A stretch of 38,218 nt of DNA from Actinomycetota bacterium (lineage in GTDB: Bacteria; Actinomycetota; Thermoleophilia; Solirubrobacterales; Solirubrobacteraceae), in NCBI GenBank assembly GCA_009699505.1, contig WLOB01000001.1, positions 1 to 38,218 of the forward strand. The letters are read 5' to 3'. The number at the start of each line of letters is the position of its first letter. The stretch's first letter is position 1. Below, one piece after another: positions 34,034-38,218 of the stretch. The notes beneath the pieces are model-generated. The model was not told the DNA's origin, did not search any database, and saw only the letters and a program-made list of their open reading frames with translations. A program made the translations under genes and the position numbers.

Positions 34034-35265
34034 GCGCCGCCGGGGTCGACCGCGCGGTTCTGCGCGAGGTCGTCGAGACGCTGGCGCCCCTCGTCCGCCG
34101 GGCCGGGTCCGCCGACGAGCACCGCGCCGCGGAGTGGATCGCGGAGCGGCTCTCCCGCGCGGGCGCGCCCGCGCACGTGGAGGACGCGACGTTCCTCGAC
34201 GGCTACGCGCCGCTCATCGGCGGGCTCGCCGCGGTCGGTGCCGTCGCCGGGGTCCTCGGCCAGACCCGCCCCGGCCGCCGGCTCGCGGTCGTCGCCGGCG
34301 CGCTGGCCGCCGCGGCGATCGTCGACGACGTCTCGAACGGCCCGCGCGTCGCCCGTCGCGTCGCCCGTCGACCCACCCCGACGTGGAACGTCGTCGCCGA
34401 GGCGGGCGACCCCGACGCGGAGCGCACCCTCGTGGTGATGGCCCACCACGACGCCGCGCCGTCCGGCGCGATCTTCGACCAGACGCTGCAGCGCCTGGCG
34501 CACGAGCGGCTGCCGGGCCTCTTCGAGCGCGCCGACACGGCGGTGCCCGTCTGGTGGCCCGTCGTGGGCGGCCCCGCGCTTGCCGCCCTGGGCGCGGGCC
34601 TCCGTCGCCGCCGGCTCGGCCTGCTCGGCGCCGCGCTCAGCGCCGGCAGCGTCGCCGCGATGGCCGACGTCTCGCGCTCGCCGATCGTCGCCGGCGCCAA
34701 CGACAACCTCTCCGCGGTGGCCGCGCTCGTCGGCCTGGCCGAGCGGCTGCGGGACGCCGAGGCCCGCGGCGACGGGGTCGGCGTGCGGGTGCTGCTCGTC
34801 TCCTGCGGCGCGGAGGAGGTCATCCAGGGCGGCATCCACTCCTTCGCCGCGTCCTGGTTCCCGCGGCTGGACCGCGAGACGACCTGGTTCCTGAACCTCG
34901 ACACGATCGGCTCGCCCGAGCTCGTCTCGATCGAGGGCGAGGGGCCCGTCGTGATGGAGGACTACTCCTGGCGCTCCTTCCGCGACCTGATCGAGCGGGT
35001 CGCGTGGCGCGAGAGCCTGCCGATCCGCCGCGGCATGCGCGCGCGCTCGAGCACGGACGCCGTCGTCCCGTCCCGCGCGGGCTACCCGACGGCCTGCCTC
35101 GTCTCGTTCGACCGCGCGAAGGCGATGCCGCACTACCACCTCGTCTCGGACGTCCCCGAGAACCTGGACTACGACACGATCGCCCGCGCCGTCGCGCTGA
35201 CGGAGGCCGTGGCCCGCGAGCTGGCCGGCGACGCCGCGCAGACCGGCGTGACGCGGCGGGGCTGA
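34030..35265 (+). CDS. M28 family metallopeptidase with membrane segments
   Basis: Zn-ligand motifs AHHD, GANDNLS, GAEE, NLDTIG and YHLVSD. GTGA overlap with the thioesterase stop. Confidence 0.87.
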   Translation: MSAAGVDRAVLREVVETLAPLVRRAGSADEHRAAEWIAERLSRAGAPAHVEDATFLDGYAPLIGGLAAVGAVAGVLGQTRPGRRLAVVAGALAAAAIVDDVSNGPRVARRVARRPTPTWNVVAEAGDPDAERTLVVMAHHDAAPSGAIFDQTLQRLAHERLPGLFERADTAVPVWWPVVGGPALAALGAGLRRRRLGLLGAALSAGSVAAMADVSRSPIVAGANDNLSAVAALVGLAERLRDAEARGDGVGVRVLLVSCGAEEVIQGGIHSFAASWFPRLDRETTWFLNLDTIGSPELVSIEGEGPVVMEDYSWRSFRDLIERVAWRESLPIRRGMRARSSTDAVVPSRAGYPTACLVSFDRAKAMPHYHLVSDVPENLDYDTIARAVALTEAVARELAGDAAQTGVTRRG

Positions 35266-35617
35266 GCACCGCCGACGGCCGGGTCCACGGACGGGGCCGC
35301 GCGGCCCTGCGGTGCACGGCACGGTGGGCGCTGCGCGTCCGGACGGCCCACGGGGCCCCCCCGAGCGCCACGCCGCGCGGGAGGGACCGGTGGGCGCGGC
35401 GGCCCGGACGGCCCACGGGGTGGGCCCGGGCGCTACGCCGCGGGGGAGCTGTTCCGGGCCACGCCGTCCAGCGAACCTGGACTTCCCGGTCGAAAATCGG
35501 CCGATCCGTACACCGAACGTCCAGTTCTGCGTCGTCCCGGGCCGATCCGGGTCGGCCGGGCGTTGTGTACCGGCTACGTTCTTCGCCGGTTAACAGCATC
35601 AGCCCCGAGGTCCGCAC

Positions 35618-38218
35618 GTGCGTCGAACATCCGTCATCCGTCAAGAACGCCGTGCGCGCCGCGCCGTCCTCCCCGGGGCCGCCGCCCTCGTGGTCGCGTC
35701 CCTCCTCGCCGTGGCACCCGCCGCCGGCGCGGCGACGACGACGCCGACCGTCACGAAGATCGCGGACACGAGCTACAACGCGCCGGGCCAGGACGTGCTC
35801 TCGCAGTCCTACAGCGCCGGGGGCCGCATCTACACGGTCACCTACGCGCAGGGCGACTACCAGCGCCAGACCCTCCGGTCGGTGAAAGCGGACGGCTCGG
35901 GCGCCGTCAGCGTCCTCTCGACGCAGGGCGGCTACATCGGGAACGCCACCCGGGTCGGCGACGAGCTCTGGTTCACGGTCCAGCTCAACGACGGCTCGAA
36001 CGCGCAGCGGCTCGTCCGCACGGACGGCACCGTCGCCGGGACCACGACGCTGCGGACGTTCCAGGGCTACGCGCCGCAGAACCTCCGGGCCGTCGGCGGC
36101 AAGGTGTACTTCGCCGCCGGCGACGCGACGACCGGGCAGGAGCCCTGGGTCTCCGACGGCACGGCCGACGGCACCCGGATGATCAAGGACCTCTTCCCGG
36201 GCGTCACGAACTACACCGGCGGGTCCTACCCCAACAGCGGCGGCGGCCACGACTTCACGGCGGTCGGGGACAAGGTCGCCTTCTCCGCCTCGGACGGCCC
36301 CGACGGGGGCGGCCTCTTCATGACGGACGGCACCGCGGCCGGGACGACCAAGGTGCGCGGCAACCTCTACCTCAACGGCATGGCGTCGTCGCCGCGGTCC
36401 GGCGAGCTGCTCTTCGTCGCGTACGACCGGGCGGACACCGCCGCGGGCTACCAGCTGTTCCGCAGCGACGGGACGACGGCCGGCACGAAGCGCGTCTTCA
36501 CCGACGCCGGCGTCCTGCGCGACGCCTACGAGCTCACCCGGATCGGCGACCGGGTCATCTTCCGCGGCACGGGCGCCTCGCACGGCAACGAGCTGTGGAC
36601 GTCGGACGGCACGGCAGACGGCACGACGCTCCTGAAGGACATCCGCCCGGGCGGCGACTCGTACCCGCAGAACATCGTGAAGTCCGAGGACGGCGCGTAC
36701 TTCCGGGCCTACACGGGCACGACGCACGACGTCTGGAAGACCGACGGGACCGCGGCCGGGACGCGGCGCGTCTTCGACACCGCGGCGAGCGGCGTCCAGT
36801 TCACCTCGGGCCTGGTCGCCATCGGCCGGTCCGTCTTCTTCCAGGGCTACTCGAACGGCCGCTACCGCCTGTGGACCGGCGACGGCACCGCCGACGGGAC
36901 GCAGCGCGTCACCGGCGCGGACGACCTCGGCGACGTGACGTGGCTGACGGCCGCCGGCGACCGCCTCGCCTTCTTCGGCCGCGACGCCGACACCGGCTAC
37001 GACCTGTTCACCGCCTCGACCGAGGACCGGACGCCCCCGAAGGCGACGATCACCGACGGGCCGACGGGCCTGACGAAGGACCGCTCGCCGGCGTTCCGCT
37101 TCGAGGCCGACGAGGCCGACGAGGCCGCGACGTTCGAGTGCCGCATCACCGGCGCCACGACGACGGACTGGGCGACGTGCACCTCGCCGTTCACGCCCGC
37201 CGCGCTCGCCGACGGCGACCACGCCCTCGAGGTCCGGCCGACGGACGCGGCCGGCAACGTCGGCGACGTCGTCCGCCGCACCTTCCGGGTCGACGCGACG
37301 GCCCCGCGGATCGACATCGCCCGCCCGTACGACGGCGCACGGTACTCCCACTTCGCCGACGACAAGCCCGAGCTGCGGTCGGACTACGACTGCGCCGACC
37401 CCGGCTCGGGCGTCGTCGCCTGCACCGGCACCGTCGCGGACGGCGAGGCCTTCGACCGCTCGCACCCGGGCACCGACCCGTTCGTGACGCGGACCTTCAC
37501 GGTCTCCGCCACGGACCTCGCCGGCAACACGGCGACGCGCACGTCGACCTACCGGGTCTTCACCTTCGCGTCCCTCGTCCTGGACGACGCGCCGGCCGGC
37601 TACTGGCGCCTGGGCGGCGCCGACTCCCCGACCATGGACGCCCTCGCGGGCCCGTCGGGCGTCTTCAAGAACGAGCTCGAGGCCGTGCCGTGGGGCATCT
37701 CGGGCGACGGGGACTCCGCCCGCCGCCTCGCCGACACGGACGGCAACGGGGTCGCCGACGGCTACGCCGCGGTCGACGGCATGGAGGCCACGCCGTCGTA
37801 CTCCATGTCGCTGTTCTTCGACCCGGCCGACGACCGCCGCACGCAGTCGCTGATGCAGCAGGGCGGCTCGGGCGCGGTCTGGTACGACGGATCCGGCGCG
37901 GTGCGGTTCCGGCCCGTCGACTGGCTCGGCGTCGAGCTCTCCGGCGCGGTGACCGGTGACGGCTTCCACCACGTCGTCGCGACGTACGCCTGGACCCCCG
38001 ACCCCGACAACGCGCAGCTCGGCTCGGGCGTCGCGAAGCTCTACGTCGACGGCCGGCTGGCCGACACGAGGACGGCGGACCGCAGGCCGTCGGGCTCCTC
38101 GACGCTCTACGTCGGCTACGGCGACAAGGCGCACTGGTTCCAGGGCGAGGTCGACGAGGCCGCGGTCTTCCCGGCCGCGCTGAGCGCCACGCACGTCCAC
38201 GAGATCTGGCTGGCGGAC
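35618..38218 (+). CDS. Large secreted ELWxxDGT-repeat protein with Ig-like and LamG/concanavalin-like domains (3' truncated)
   Basis: Absent from the ORF track because it runs off the window. GAGG RBS, GTG 35618, signal peptide ending AAGA. Repeats EPWVSDGT, LFMTDGT, LFRSDGT, ELWTSDGT, VWKTDGT. Then DRTPP...ATFEC...DAAGN Ig-like modules and a YWRLG...FHHVVATY...LYVDG...GEVDEAAVF LamG-like domain. Confidence 0.88.
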   Translation, partial: MRRTSVIRQERRARRAVLPGAAALVVASLLAVAPAAGAATTTPTVTKIADTSYNAPGQDVLSQSYSAGGRIYTVTYAQGDYQRQTLRSVKADGSGAVSVLSTQGGYIGNATRVGDELWFTVQLNDGSNAQRLVRTDGTVAGTTTLRTFQGYAPQNLRAVGGKVYFAAGDATTGQEPWVSDGTADGTRMIKDLFPGVTNYTGGSYPNSGGGHDFTAVGDKVAFSASDGPDGGGLFMTDGTAAGTTKVRGNLYLNGMASSPRSGELLFVAYDRADTAAGYQLFRSDGTTAGTKRVFTDAGVLRDAYELTRIGDRVIFRGTGASHGNELWTSDGTADGTTLLKDIRPGGDSYPQNIVKSEDGAYFRAYTGTTHDVWKTDGTAAGTRRVFDTAASGVQFTSGLVAIGRSVFFQGYSNGRYRLWTGDGTADGTQRVTGADDLGDVTWLTAAGDRLAFFGRDADTGYDLFTASTEDRTPPKATITDGPTGLTKDRSPAFRFEADEADEAATFECRITGATTTDWATCTSPFTPAALADGDHALEVRPTDAAGNVGDVVRRTFRVDATAPRIDIARPYDGARYSHFADDKPELRSDYDCADPGSGVVACTGTVADGEAFDRSHPGTDPFVTRTFTVSATDLAGNTATRTSTYRVFTFASLVLDDAPAGYWRLGGADSPTMDALAGPSGVFKNELEAVPWGISGDGDSARRLADTDGNGVADGYAAVDGMEATPSYSMSLFFDPADDRRTQSLMQQGGSGAVWYDGSGAVRFRPVDWLGVELSGAVTGDGFHHVVATYAWTPDPDNAQLGSGVAKLYVDGRLADTRTADRRPSGSSTLYVGYGDKAHWFQGEVDEAAVFPAALSATHVHEIWLAD

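Noticed and set aside
35514-35527. LexA SOS box
   Set aside because: GAAC and GTTC are separated by 5 nt rather than 4, and flanking bases do not fit.
2519-38200. Many very long Arg/Pro/Gly/Ala-rich ORFs (e.g. 2519-5080 minus, 14179-17175 minus, 29104-31737 plus, 34820-38200 minus, 35563-37959 plus)
   Set aside because: Shadow frames caused by stop-codon scarcity at high GC. They overlap genes with clear family motifs and carry none themselves.

Overview
Very GC-rich chromosomal window, probably from an aerobic actinobacterium. A Thermoleophilia/Patulibacter-like host is an inference from GC content and gene set. It holds about 35 CDS and no recognisable rRNA, tRNA, transposase, prophage or CRISPR array. 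The left 6 kb is the most unusual part. Two near-identical, divergent cobalamin riboswitches sit at 134-301 (minus) and 2297-2480 (plus); both use an ACGCG/CGCGU kissing loop. The second controls a single-barrel 'core' methionine synthase-like protein (MesB-like motifs). It is followed by a secreted protein and a stand-alone MotA/TolQ/ExbB + DUF2149 pair, a putative ion-driven stator with no TonB, receptor or CobN partner in view. The middle of the window holds LysR/HPP, an LLM oxidoreductase, an orphan Imm63-like immunity gene, a coupled GGDEF-MEKHLA pair divergent from a GH113-like hydrolase, a Mn/Fe ABC transporter, polX, two CsbD-like coiled-coil proteins, MOSC, a desaturase, an SDR and SnoaL/TetR. 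The right part holds a uracil permease, a four-oxidoreductase operon behind a FadR-type palindrome, MFS, a D,D-carboxypeptidase, LCP, a thioesterase, an M28 peptidase and a large truncated ELWxxDGT/Ig/LamG surface protein. Two intergenic hairpins share a TCGTAGT...ARTACGA architecture, and two VNTR-like tandem repeats are present. All family calls come from motif recognition by eye, not from database searches.
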